Positions 1 through 10,952 of a DNA stretch of 64,000 bases are shown here, in pieces. The position numbers and the translations under genes were made by a program. Each line of letters opens with the position of its first letter. Position 1 is the stretch's first letter. The notes beneath the pieces were generated by a model. It saw nothing but the letters and a program-made list of their open reading frames with translations, had not been told where the DNA came from and did not search any database. This DNA is from Bilabrum cf. latius (Eukaryota): assembly GCA_965178125.1 (NCBI GenBank), contig OZ237741.1, forward strand, positions 558,001 to 622,000. Reading direction: 5' to 3'.

Positions 1-90
1 TACAGCCCCTCACGCTTGAACATAGCGACTCCTTCTAGGTTCCCAGGTCCGATGGTTGGAGACACGGCGGCAGGAGCTGCTGGTCCTAGC
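1..90 (-). pseudogene. 3' part of the interrupted host GH43 glycoside hydrolase (runs off the window)
   Basis: Joined at the TSD it reads QKLTPDLL|GPAAPAAVSPTIGPGNLEGVAMFKREGLY, a GH43-type E-x-x-x-F-K-R-x-G-x-Y segment. Confidence 0.88.
86..90 (+). repeat. Target-site duplication CTAGC, left copy
   Basis: Same 5-mer at 25052-25056; removing the element and one copy restores the GH43 reading frame. Confidence 0.93.
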
Positions 91-517
91 CCCCCCCGCT
101 ACGGTAATAAATAAATTTATTCCCTTCGGTTAAGGATGATTAACATCATCAATAGTTCCAGTCCATCAGAGCTAAAGCTCTTCAGTCCGTTCCACTCCTT
201 TTGGAGCTAGTCGCTCCAAAAGTCAAGGTGAGCCTCTTCATACTGCTACTTCATATAACTGCTTTATCCTTCTAATTATATAAAATCAATTATATATAAA
301 ACTCTATACGATGACCATATCCATACTTTGGGTATATATTATAGTAAGTTCTAATCAAAACGTGGATGTAGCCCTCTTGTGAAGGTGTTCTGGGACTCTA
401 GCCATTTTCTAGCCAAAAGTTCCATCACTTTATGGGACTCCATTATTCAACCTTCTAAACTACCTTCATTATACCCCCTTATCCTCGCTTATACCTTCAC
501 AAATGGAACAAACGCGC
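91..517 (+). repeat. Left terminal inverted repeat (427 bp, starts CCCCCCCGCTACGG)
   Basis: Reverse complement of 24625-25051 apart from scattered mismatches and one mismatch cluster near 325-345. Confidence 0.97.
306..431 (+). repeat. Dyad module copy A (within left TIR)
   Basis: ATACGATG..ATATCCA..TTG / AT-rich spacer / CAAAACGTGGATGTAG..CTCTTGTGAAGGTG / short slot / AAAAGTTCCATCACTTT. Confidence 0.85.
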
Positions 518-542
518 TTTTATTTTTAAATTGTTATAGAGC

Positions 543-559
543 GTTTAAATTGACTTAAA
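543..559 (+). promoter_or_regulatory. Promoter-like motif GTTTAAAnnrnTTAAA
   Basis: GTTTAAATTGACTTAAA, 28 nt before ATG 588; eight copies at 27-29 nt spacing. Confidence 0.75.
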
Positions 560-587
560 AAATATATTTATTATAGGTATATACAGA

Positions 588-1607
588 ATGGAATTATTAA
601 AATGGGAAAATGGAACCTTGAAAGCTACACAACCAAAAGAATATTATGAACGAAATGGATTTTAGGTTAATTTTGAAGGGAAAACCTATCATATAGCAAT
701 GGATAAAGATTATATAAGATGGTTTTTGAAGGACTATAAACCTTATGAAATAATAACAACATTCATAACAGATATGAGTGAAGTATTCAATGGATAGGAT
801 AAATTTAATGAACCTTTGAATACTTGGGATGTTTCAAATGTTAAGGATATGAGTTTAATGTTTCAAAGTTGTAGAAGCTTTAATCAACCATTGAGCAATT
901 GGGATGTTTCTAAGGTTGAAAAAATGTCGTCTATGTTCTATTTTTGTTCTAAATTCAATCAATCATTGAACGATTGGAATGTTAGTAATGTTAGGGATAT
1001 GAGTGGTATGTTTGGTTCTTGTTCAAGATTCAATCAACCATTGGATAATTGGGATGTTTCTAAGGTTGAAAATATGTCCTCTATGTTTAATGGATGTTGG
1101 AACTTCAATCAACCATTGGATAATTGGGATGTTTCTAACGTTGAAAATATGTCCTCTATGTTCCATTATTCTGAATTCAATCAATCATTGAACGATTGGA
1201 ATGTTAGTAATGTTAGGGATATGAGTGGTATGTTTGGTTCTTGTTCAAGATTCAATCAACCATTGGGTAATTGGGATGTTTCTAACGTTGAATATATATC
1301 CTCTATGTTTAATGGATGTTAGAACTTCAATCAACCATTGGATAATTGGGATGTTTCCAATGTCTAGAGTAAGTTTTAGATGTTAAAAGATTGTGAAAGT
1401 TTCAATCATTTAGAGAACGGTATTAAGGGTATAAGAATTGATTATTCTACAACATTGATACCGTTGTTAGAAAGACGAAAACATAAAACCATTAAAAAAA
1501 CAAAGAAATATAGAGAGGAATTAATTGCTAAAGCGTGGCACCCTTCAAGATTAGATTGGGTATTGGATAACGAGGAGCGAGACGAGATAGAGGATAATTT
1601 TAATTAA
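588..1607 (+). CDS. DUF285/BspA-like repeat protein, paralog 1 (339 aa, TAG=Gln)
   Basis: ~25-aa FNQPLxxWDVSxVxxMxxMF repeats; ORFs 816-1322 and 1380-1607 in one frame separated only by TAG; ends TAA; C-terminal EELIAKAWHPSR. Confidence 0.88.
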
Positions 1608-1651
1608 TAGAATTTTAATAATATTAATGATTATTTAATATTATAGTGTGA

Positions 1652-1668
1652 GTTTAAAAAGGCTTAAA
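1652..1668 (+). promoter_or_regulatory. Promoter-like motif
   Basis: GTTTAAAAAGGCTTAAA, 28 nt before ATG 1697. Confidence 0.72.
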
Positions 1669-1696
1669 TAATATATTTATTATAGGTATATACAGA

Positions 1697-2494
1697 ATGG
1701 AAGTTTTAAAATGGGAAAATGGAACCTTGAAAGCTACAAAACCAAAAGAATATTATTTTAGAAAAGATAATTATATTGTGAAATTTGAAGGTAAAACATA
1801 TTACGTAGCTAAAGATACAGATTTTCTTCTTCACGCATTGTAGTTTTTGAAACCTGAATTATTAGTAACAACATTTATTACGAATATGTTAAACCTATTT
1901 GATAATATGATAATTGAATCACCAATAAATTCATGGGATGTTTCAAATGTTAAAGATATGACCGATATGTTTTATGGGTGTCATTCGTTTAATCAACCTT
2001 TAAATAACTGGGATGTTTCAAATGTTGAAGATATGGGCGGTATGTTTAATGAGTGTCATTCGTTTAACCAACCATTGAATAATTGGAATGTTTCAAATGT
2101 TGAAGATATGAGTGAAATGTTTAATGATTGCCATTCATTTAACCAACCATTGAATAATTGGAACGTTTCAAATGTTAAAGATATGTGCGGAATGTTTTAT
2201 GATTGCCATTCACTAAATCAACCTTTAAATAACTGGGATGTTTCAAATGTTGTAGATATGGAATGTATGTTTTCTAATTGTTTTAGTTTTAATCATTTGG
2301 AGAATGGAATTAAGGATGAACGAATTGATTATTCCACGACATTAATCCCATCATTAGAAGAGCGGAAAGATGAAACAATTGAACAAACTAAAAAAATCAA
2401 AGAAGAATTAATTTCTAGAGCGTGGCACCCTTCAAGATTAGATTGGGTATTGGATAACGAGGAGCGAGACGAGATAGAGGATAATTTTAATTAA
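1697..2494 (+). CDS. DUF285/BspA-like repeat protein, paralog 2 (265 aa)
   Basis: Same repeats; leader, N-terminus and last ~70 nt nearly identical to paralog 1; one in-frame TAG. Confidence 0.88.
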
Positions 2495-2535
2495 GTTTTA
2501 TTATAATAATTATTTTATTTTTAATTATTATAGAT

Positions 2536-2883
2536 ATGGTTTATATTGTATCATTAGCGTGGGGTAGTGAATGTTATCATACACACTGGGTTAAAAAGTT
2601 TAATAATAAGGAAGAAGCACAAAAGCTTTATACTGACACTTTAAAAGACCAAGCGAAGAGAGTTGTATGGAGTGATAATTGGAAAGAAGAATATAAAAAG
2701 GAAGCAGAAGGTCAAGTTGAAAGTTTTAATGATGACAACGGAACCGATTTCAAACTATTGAAAGAAGAAGAAATTGATAACCTTACTAATAGTGAATTAG
2801 AAGAGTATATAGAATTATCGTTGATGTATGCTGAAGAATATGATGATTCAAATGAATGGTTTGATATTGAGTTTTTAGAATAA
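2536..2883 (+). CDS. Acidic hypothetical protein (115 aa)
   Basis: ATG to TAA ORF with AT-rich leader. Confidence 0.7.
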   Translation: MVYIVSLAWGSECYHTHWVKKFNNKEEAQKLYTDTLKDQAKRVVWSDNWKEEYKKEAEGQVESFNDDNGTDFKLLKEEEIDNLTNSELEEYIELSLMYAEEYDDSNEWFDIEFLE

Positions 2884-2930
2884 ATTTTTGAATTTTAATA
2901 ATACTATTATTATTATTATTAATATATAGT

Positions 2931-3347
2931 TTAATCCTTGGGTAAGATAAAGTCATCTATAGCCTTTTTGATGATGTCATCCTTCTATTTCTTTATTGAT
3001 TTCTCAATGGCTTCCTTCTCTTTTTTAACCAATAAATCTATGGCTACGGTATCATTTAAGTCTTCACTTAGGCATTCAACATTTTCTTCATTTAGCTTGT
3101 GTATTATTCTAAATGGTTGAACGAAATATGATATATAATCAATTTCTTCAAATTCACTTAATACTCTTTTTTTAAGTCGTTCATTACAATCTGGAGGGAC
3201 ACGAAGGTCATCAAGTTGAAAATGCTTTAACATTGATGGTTTGTGCTTCTCAACATAAATATATACGATTGACATAAAAGTGGAGATGCTTTTATTCTTG
3301 AGTACCTTTTTAACGTTGACACTTGATAACAGGAACTTAACGAACAT
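2931..3347 (-). CDS. Hypothetical protein (138 aa)
   Basis: ORF 2985-3347 read through TAG to TAA at 2931. Confidence 0.65.
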
Positions 3348-3448
3348 ATTATAATGTAGCCCAATATTTTATTTTAATTTATTAAACCCGTTTTATAAAA
3401 TTCTATAGTTTAAAAAAAATAAAAAAAATATCTAGTAATTATATATAA

Positions 3449-3820
3449 ATGGATAAATTACAAAAAGTGATTAATACCCGCTCAAAGTTAAAGAATGAAT
3501 TTCTTGATATTGTAGAAGACTTTAAGAAGACCAATCGTGAATTAGAACAAAAGTTAAAGCAACTAAAAATAAAAGAGACAGAATTAAAAAATAAAGTGAA
3601 TAGTAAATTAACCGCTCTTAATGTGGAATATAAAGAGGTGAGCAAAAAGAAAGCAGAAGCTATAGCCCCTTATATGAAAACTTTAAAAGCATTAAAAGGA
3701 AGGATGACTGGATTGACAAAGAAAGACAAGGACAAGCTGATTGACGTTCATCAAGAGATAAGGAAAATTAAAGAATAGATTAAAGTAAATGAAGCTATTA
3801 ATAGGCTTTTTAATTCGTGA
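3449..3820 (+). CDS. Basic coiled-coil hypothetical protein (123 aa)
   Basis: TATATA leader; K/E/L-rich heptads; read through TAG at 3776 to TGA. Confidence 0.7.
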
Positions 3821-3860
3821 ATAATTAATTTATAAATATTAAAATCAATTAATATATATA

Positions 3861-5018
3861 ATGAGTAAGAGAGGAAAGAAAAAAGATAATGATATTAATG
3901 AGTCAAGTTTTGGATTTAATACGAAGTCTATCACGAACGATTTAATGAAGCCGATAAAGAAACCGAAAGGATTGAATTATGTTAAATATTATAAACCTAC
4001 TAAAGAGGGGCTTATCCAATAGGCTGATTTATTGTATCTCCCTTACGCTACCAAGAACGATTCAAAATATTTATTAGTTGTGATAGATACGAGCGGGTTA
4101 GCGTTAGATTTTGAAGAGTTAAAGGATAGAGGGGCGGAGGATGTGATAAAAGCTTTTCAAAAAATCTATAAAAGAAATTATTTAATGAAACCTAAAATGA
4201 TACGAACAGATAAAGGGGGAGAATTTGATAATGAATTATTTAAAGAATATCTAAAGAAGAATAAGATAGAGCATATATTTTCAAGAGTGAAGCGTAAATC
4301 GTAGATGGCTTTAGTGGAGAGATTGAATGAGGAAATAGGGAGAGCTATATTTTATTATTTGAATTCATAGGAGATAAGAACGGGGACAACTATCACGAAC
4401 TGGAGACATTTAATACCAAAATTGAGGGAGATATTAAACGAGCGTTATAAAACAAGATAGGAAATGTTGAATAAGAAAAGGGAGAATCTACCATATATAC
4501 CGCCTAGATGTTAGGGTGAAGTATGTGATGTATTAAATGAGGGTGAAATGGTAAGAATAGGATTAGATTATCCTAGAAGTATAGAAGGGATAAAGGAAAC
4601 CGGAGCATTTAGGGCGGGAGATATTAAATATAGCGTAAAGCCTTATAAAATTGAAAGAGTAATAATAAAACCAGATAACCCCCCATTATATAAAATTGAG
4701 GGCATACCCTATACATACTTTAATAGAGATTAGTTGTTATTAGCATCTAAACCATACGAGAATAAAGCACAAGATATATTTATAATTGAAAAATTGATAA
4801 GAAAGAATAAAAATAATACATACAGGGTTAAATGGAAAGATTCATATGTTGATGAGGCTACTAAAAGAAAATATTAGAATGATATAGGTAAAATAATAAA
4901 GAGAAGAAAGAATCAAGAGGGACAAGATGAATATTTAATTCAATGGAAGATAACAACGGAGCCGGCTAAAAATATATCAAAAACTCTAAAGGATAATTTT
5001 AATAATAAGACTAAATAA
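3861..5018 (+). CDS. Retroviral-type (rve, DDE) integrase with C-terminal chromodomain-like region (385 aa)
   Basis: Q(TAG)ADL, YLLVVID, IRTDKGGEF, ALVERLN motifs; YRVKWK and EYLIQWK...TEP chromo-like strands; single frame broken only by TAG. Confidence 0.92.
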
Positions 5019-5054
5019 ATATTATTAATTTATATTTTAATAATATTCAAATAA

Positions 5055-5672
5055 TTACACTCTGTAGGTCATATTATAGACTGACATAACCATCTATGAA
5101 AGCCCTTCAAACGTATTATACACGCTATACTCATTAGGGTTAAAACTTTTCAAAAATTCAGCTCGTGAATGTCTTGCTACATCCTTATCTTCATTATCTA
5201 AATCTTTATGGATTTTGCTATACAGTTTATCGCTGGGTATAGCTACGCATATGCTGGATTTTTTGAATATTTCTTGTGCTAGTTCAAAATCACTTGTTAA
5301 AAAGACTGCTCTATGTTCTGCTTTCTATAACCAATTTTTCTTTACAGACTCAATACTTTTTTTCATAAGTTCAAATTTTAATAATTTAGCCGTTGATAAG
5401 TCCCCTCTTCGTTCTGCTTCGTTTAGGTATAAAACCTGTTTGGTGTCAGCATTAACTTTAAGGACTTCATCTAAATCAACTAATAGAATATTCGGGTCTA
5501 TAGACGTTAAACTTTTGTTAAGTGAACTTTTACCTCCTTTTCGTGGAAGGACTAAACACAATTTTTTACGATTCGCAAGTGAGGAACATAAGTTCCAAAG
5601 GAAGCATCCCGCATATCCTAGAGGAACCAACACCCCACCAACCGTGCTTGCTGTTGCTACTAACTCTGCCAT
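5055..5672 (-). CDS. P-loop-like protein with hydrophobic N-terminus (205 aa)
   Basis: LVLPRKGGKSS Walker A-like and ILLVDLD Walker B-like segments; read through TAG at 5325 to TAA. Confidence 0.6.
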
Positions 5673-5717
5673 TATATATATCTATACAAAACAAAATATT
5701 ATTATCCTATAGACTAA

Positions 5718-7796
5718 TTATTTTAATAATCTTAGTTTTTCAAAGTGTTGATATAAGATTTGTTTTACCTTGTCCTTCACATTATGATTACCTTTACCAC
5801 CGGCTATATTAAAATATTCTTGTTCAATTTGTCCTCCTTTATGCTTGCCACATCCACAACTACCGCCCCTGTTCTATGTTTTTATTTTCTAATCAATAAT
5901 TAAATTAATAGCTTTCATTAACATATTATAAGGGTCTTTATTTCCGAAACCTTGAGCTGGTGGTGAATATGTCCATTGAGGCTTCCCGCTTAATTCATAT
6001 CCCGTATCGTTTAGTCTTGATTTTGCTAATGTTCTATCACTTCTGGTTGCTCTTCCTTCTGTATTTGCTCTAGCTACTAAAGACCTAACAGCATCAGTTG
6101 ATAAATTAGGTTGTAAGACTCCGGCTTTAAGCCTTCGTATAATATATTTTAAAGTGTTAATTGTTGGGCTGGCGTCTGTTGGATTTATTCCTCTTGCTTT
6201 TAACTATGATAATATTTCATTTTTATTGCCTTTAGCATTTATTGATTGTCCTATTGATTTGGCTATTTCATCATCTGTTTTCTGTGGTTCTTGTGGTTCT
6301 GCTGGTTCTTGTGCTGGTTCTGCTGGTTGTGCTTGTTGTGCTGGTTCTACGGCTTCTCCATCTCTTGGTTCTTCATCTGGGGCTCCCCTCCGTTCTCTAG
6401 CTTGTCTTTCTTTTTCTTCTTGTTGTCTTTGTGCTTCATCTCGTTCTGCCTGTGCTTGTCTTTGTCTGAATTGAACTTCTGTAAGTTGTCTTCCAAATTC
6501 ATCTGTAATAGGTTCTCCATCTTCATCTACTGCCATCGCTTCACCTTTTCCTCTGTCTTGACCTGCGGGGGGTGCTTGTGGTTGTGAGCCTGTTTTTCCT
6601 GTTAAATAACTGATACCATCCATAACCGATTGTCCTAAAGAACCAAATGTGCTTTGTTGTTGTTCTGGTGATTGTCCTTGTTCTTGTTCTGGTGATTGTC
6701 CTTGTGGTGCTGGTGATGCTTGTAAGAATCCACTAGGTGGAACTGGTGCGGGTGATACTTTTGAAAACTAGCCTGATAAATTTCTACTGGCGTTCTCCCC
6801 TTCTTCTTCTTGTCCTGATGATTGTGATGCCTCTTGTTCTTGTGCTTTTTGTTTAAGTTCTGATAATTTCTTCTAAGCACTTTTTATAAAATCAACTTTA
6901 GACCGTCCTTTTACACCTTTAACATTTGACTATCTAAGTATTGATGCTAGTTCGGTTTTCTTTGGTGCTTTTCTACTACTTGAAGGATTGGCGTTTGCTA
7001 CTCTTTCAAGTGCTTTAATTTGTTCTTGTAGTTCTGGGCTTAATGCTTCTTGTGGTGTTGGAGGGGGTTTTGGTCTTGGTTCTGGTGGCGGTTGCGGGTT
7101 ATCTGGTTCAGGTCTATCAGGTTGCGGGTCATCTCTTTGCTATTGTTGAACGGCTTCAGGAGGATTTAAAACATCCTATAAAGCATTAACAGCGTCATCA
7201 ACTTTTGTTAATTGTGAAACATTCTATCCTTGGGGGGTTTTCGTGATTCCAGCTTGTCGTAAAGCGTTTCGTATTTGAACTGCTTTTAATCCTCTCATAT
7301 CGCTTGGTAATTGTTCTAATACTGCGTCCCGTTGTGCTTTAGTGGTTGTAAATAATCTCATATTAATATTTTTAATTCCATCAAATACCTTTTTCTTATC
7401 GCTTGCTGGTCCTACTACCTACCTTACATTAATATTATTAATGGTATCTACAACCTATCTTTTTAATTTATCCGGTAAATCTGGATTTCTATTTATAAAT
7501 GATTGTAAATTTTCTATTTGATAAATTGGTAATTCTTTTTTAGCGTTCATAGTCTTAATATTTTTAATAATATTTTCAATTCCTTGTTGTTGTTGTTGTC
7601 TTTCAATTCTAACATCAATAGGAACATAATTAGCACGAAGAAAAGCATCATCTTTTAGGGTTTTTCTTCTGGCTTCTGCTTCATCTTCTTCTTGCTATAT
7701 CATTAATCTAACTTGTGGGTCATTTTGTATCCTAAGTTGATTAGACCGTTTCTACATAATACCCTTCAGTAAATCATTAATTGTATTGTTTGACAT
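5718..7796 (-). CDS. Large Q/P/E-rich low-complexity protein (692 aa), candidate virion core protein
   Basis: ATG 7796 after TATATA leader, open to TAA 5718 with only TAG interruptions; contains ORF 6204-6623; C-terminal NRGG, HKGG, IAGG. Confidence 0.72.
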
Positions 7797-7873
7797 TGTA
7801 TATATATATTATTAATGATATAATTAATAATTTATAAACTTAAGAGATAATATGTCAATTGGTAGGCTGTCTT

Positions 7874-8263
7874 TTAAAATGAAATATCCTTATTCATAAG
7901 GTCGTGTTTCTTTATAAAAGCATTGCTGGCTTTCATTGTCATTCCCTTTTGACGGCACCATTTCATTAATTTATCCCTCTTTAACTATTTAGCACTACGG
8001 GGCTTTTTAGCTTTAGGGGCTTTCTTTGAACCCTTCTTTTTTCCTCCAGCAAGATAATTGGGACCTCCAGCGAGAACGTTCGGCTATCCACCAAGAAGGT
8101 TCAAAGCTCCCCCTTTTGTCTTTCCTTTTGTGGTTGCGTTTAATATTTGGTTTGCTGTATCTTCAACCATTTTATCAATTTCTTTTTTATAATCATTTCT
8201 GTTTATTCCAAGATGATGAAGGCTTTTATTTGTCATATCATTTATGCTCTATTTAACGCTCAT
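7874..8263 (-). CDS. Small basic core-like protein with repeated LxGG motifs (129 aa)
   Basis: TKGGALNLLGGQPNVLAGGPNYLAGGKKKGSKKAPKAKKPR; missed by the ORF track because of TAG codons; ends TAA. Confidence 0.75.
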
Positions 8264-8320
8264 ATTATTGTATATATTGGGTATATATAATTTGTTATTT
8301 ATCCATACTTATAATATATA

Positions 8321-9136
8321 ATGAAAATTAATGAATTGACACAAGCTTATTTTAATGAATACGAGAACGATATATTTGATGAGGTGAATTTTAAGAAGGG
8401 GGCTAATTTATTTTTAAATGGTTCGTATGCTATTCCTTATTATTCCTTGTTTGCTAGTGATATAGATTTATATTAGAGGGTAGAGCCTGAATTTATAAAT
8501 AGTTTAATAAGATTTGTAAAGGTTTTTATAAGTTAGGTTAATTTTATTGAGGTTAAAGCTGGTAATAAAAAATACAAGACCATAAAAGCATTCATATCTA
8601 CACCCGTTAAAACCATTTATAAATAGATATTTAGCGGAGATAAACCATACTTAAAAATTGATTTTTGGGCTTTTGATGGAAAATTTATAGATGAAATAAG
8701 CATAATTTATCATATAAGTGATTATGAAATAGATTAGGACGAGGTAAAAGATGGATTAATAAGAGATGTAGATAAATATTTTGGTTCTAATAATTTTAAA
8801 GTATTAAAACGATTGAAGGATTTATTTAAATTAAGAGGTGAGAAGAGGAATGAAAAAAGAGTCAATGATTTAATTGATAGGGAAGCATTAGGATATTTAT
8901 ATTCCATAAGAATGCGATTAGAAAGTATGCTAAGAATAAAAGGACATCAAAGCGAGAAGTCAAAATCATTTCAAAGCCTAAAAGGACTAATGAGAAAAGC
9001 ATTAGGAAATGTGGAAATAATAAAACAATTTTCAAAGTATTCTAAAGCAAATATTAATAAGATAATATCGTGGATTGACCAATACATAAATAGGAAAACA
9101 CGGGCGGAAATTAAAAATATAATTATGTCTCTATAA
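8321..9136 (+). CDS. Putative Pol-beta superfamily nucleotidyltransferase (271 aa)
   Basis: LNGSYAIPYYSLFASDIDLY fits hG[GS]x9-13Dh[DE]h; later KIDF supplies a candidate third acidic residue; in frame with ORF 8813-9136. Confidence 0.68.
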
Positions 9137-9228
9137 CTTTTTTTGTGAGGAAGGATAGAAGAAGGAACCAACTTAATATTTTAAACCCGTGTGAATAAAT
9201 GGTTTATTTTATTTTATTATTATATATA

Positions 9229-10299
9229 ATGCTATCTTTACAATATACGGAAAATAGTCATATTGTAGCTATTCAAAAATACAAAAAAACACAATAGAAC
9301 CGGTTTATTTATTACGACCCGAACGCTAAAGATATTCAACACGTCAAAGCGGAAGAGATAACAGATGATGTTTTAAAATCTTATTACGGAGAAAGCCGAG
9401 TAAGATATAACGTTGATAAGGACAAGAAAAGGGAACAATTACATAAACTATTACAAGATGAATATATACGGTCAGTTTAGGAATTTGCGATTAAAGATAA
9501 TAGTCAATATTTACCTTTTCCTATGCTCTTTCCATAGGGGCGTGAATATGTGCGATTATTTGGTAAGAGTGGAAGCGGGAAAAGTCATTTAGCTTTACAT
9601 TATATAAGGATGTATAGAGGATTAAAATATAAAAATATGTATGTTATATCACCAATTCAAGACCCTAAATATAAAAGAGAAGGCGCGACCTTCATTGATA
9701 TAGATGATTTGGTTAAAGAGAATGAAAACACTTTATATAAGGAAAAAATGGCTTATTATAAAAAAATGAAATTAGAATTTAAATATAAAAAATCTTCTTT
9801 GATGAAATCTAAACCTTTAGATGTTGTTATTGAAGCTGAAAGAAAGATAGAGGATTTGAAACCTGAGAAAGATTTAATAGAAAAAGGTTTTAAATTAAAT
9901 GTTGAGTTTTTTAAAAAATTGACCGCTGAACCTAATTTATTTATTCTGGATGATTACGAAGGCTTTAAAAAAAGGAACCAGAAAGCAAAGGCTTATTTTT
10001 TATTGGAAATCCTAGCAACTACAGGAAGGCACACAGCAAGTAGCGTTTTAGACATCACCCACAAAATAAGCGACGGTATGAAGACACGAACCATTATGAA
10101 CGAAATTACAACCCATATCATTTATAAAACAATTACAGCTAAAAGTTTAAAATATATTTTAGAAACAGTCTTAAGTTTTGACGCTCCTACTAGAAAACGA
10201 ATTAAAAAAACCCTTCATTCTCTCCCTCTCTTTGGTTATGTTGCTATTAATGTTGATAATAATTATGTAGTTAGCACAAAAAAAATATTTCTCTATTGA
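9229..10299 (+). CDS. Genome-packaging ATPase, FtsK-HerA/A32-like (356 aa)
   Basis: Walker A GKSGSGKS, Walker B LFILDD, TTGRH arginine-finger motif; directly upstream of protease and capsid genes. Confidence 0.9.
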
Positions 10300-10307
10300 A
10301 TATATAA

Positions 10308-10883
10308 ATGAACATAAACGACTTAAATAGACTAGTCCAAACACCGTTATCTCCTTTAGAAATTCAAAAATTAGGTGTAGCACATTTGAATTACAAACCT
10401 AGAATAGTTATTTACGATGATATTATTAAATAGACCTCATCTATTGAACATATTTTTGATGGTTATGACGGCGTAATTATTTATTATCCTAATAAAAAGA
10501 CGGGACTAAATAGCACATACGGTCATTTCATTTCATTGACCAGAAAACCATCAAGCAAAATAATATACTTCTTTGATAGCTATGGAGAAAAACCCGACCA
10601 ATAGAAACCATTTATTAATAGAGACCAATTGTATCAAGGAGAAGGAGAAGAAAATACGCTGGTAAAGTATTTAATTGATTAGAAAATGGAAGGTTGGAAA
10701 ATTGATTATAATCATAAACCGATTTAGAGTTATGCTAACAACAGCGCTACGTGTGGAAGATGGGCTCTATTAAGAAACGCTTTTTCTTTCTTATCAAATG
10801 ATTAGTTTGTAAATGAAATGTTTAGAATATCCAAAATTATGGCTCTTAGTCCTGATTAGTTAGTGGCGTTGCTTCTACATTGA
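10308..10883 (+). CDS. Adenain/Ulp1-like cysteine maturation protease (191 aa)
   Basis: GHF, YFFDSYG, PI(TAG=Q)SYANNSATCGRW give His-Asp-Cys triad plus oxyanion Gln; six in-frame TAG; absent from the ORF track. Confidence 0.92.
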
Positions 10884-10952
10884 ATACTCCGACCATCTAA
10901 TAAAAGGGCTAGAATAAAATAATAAAATATGATTATCTCTAAAATAAAATCC

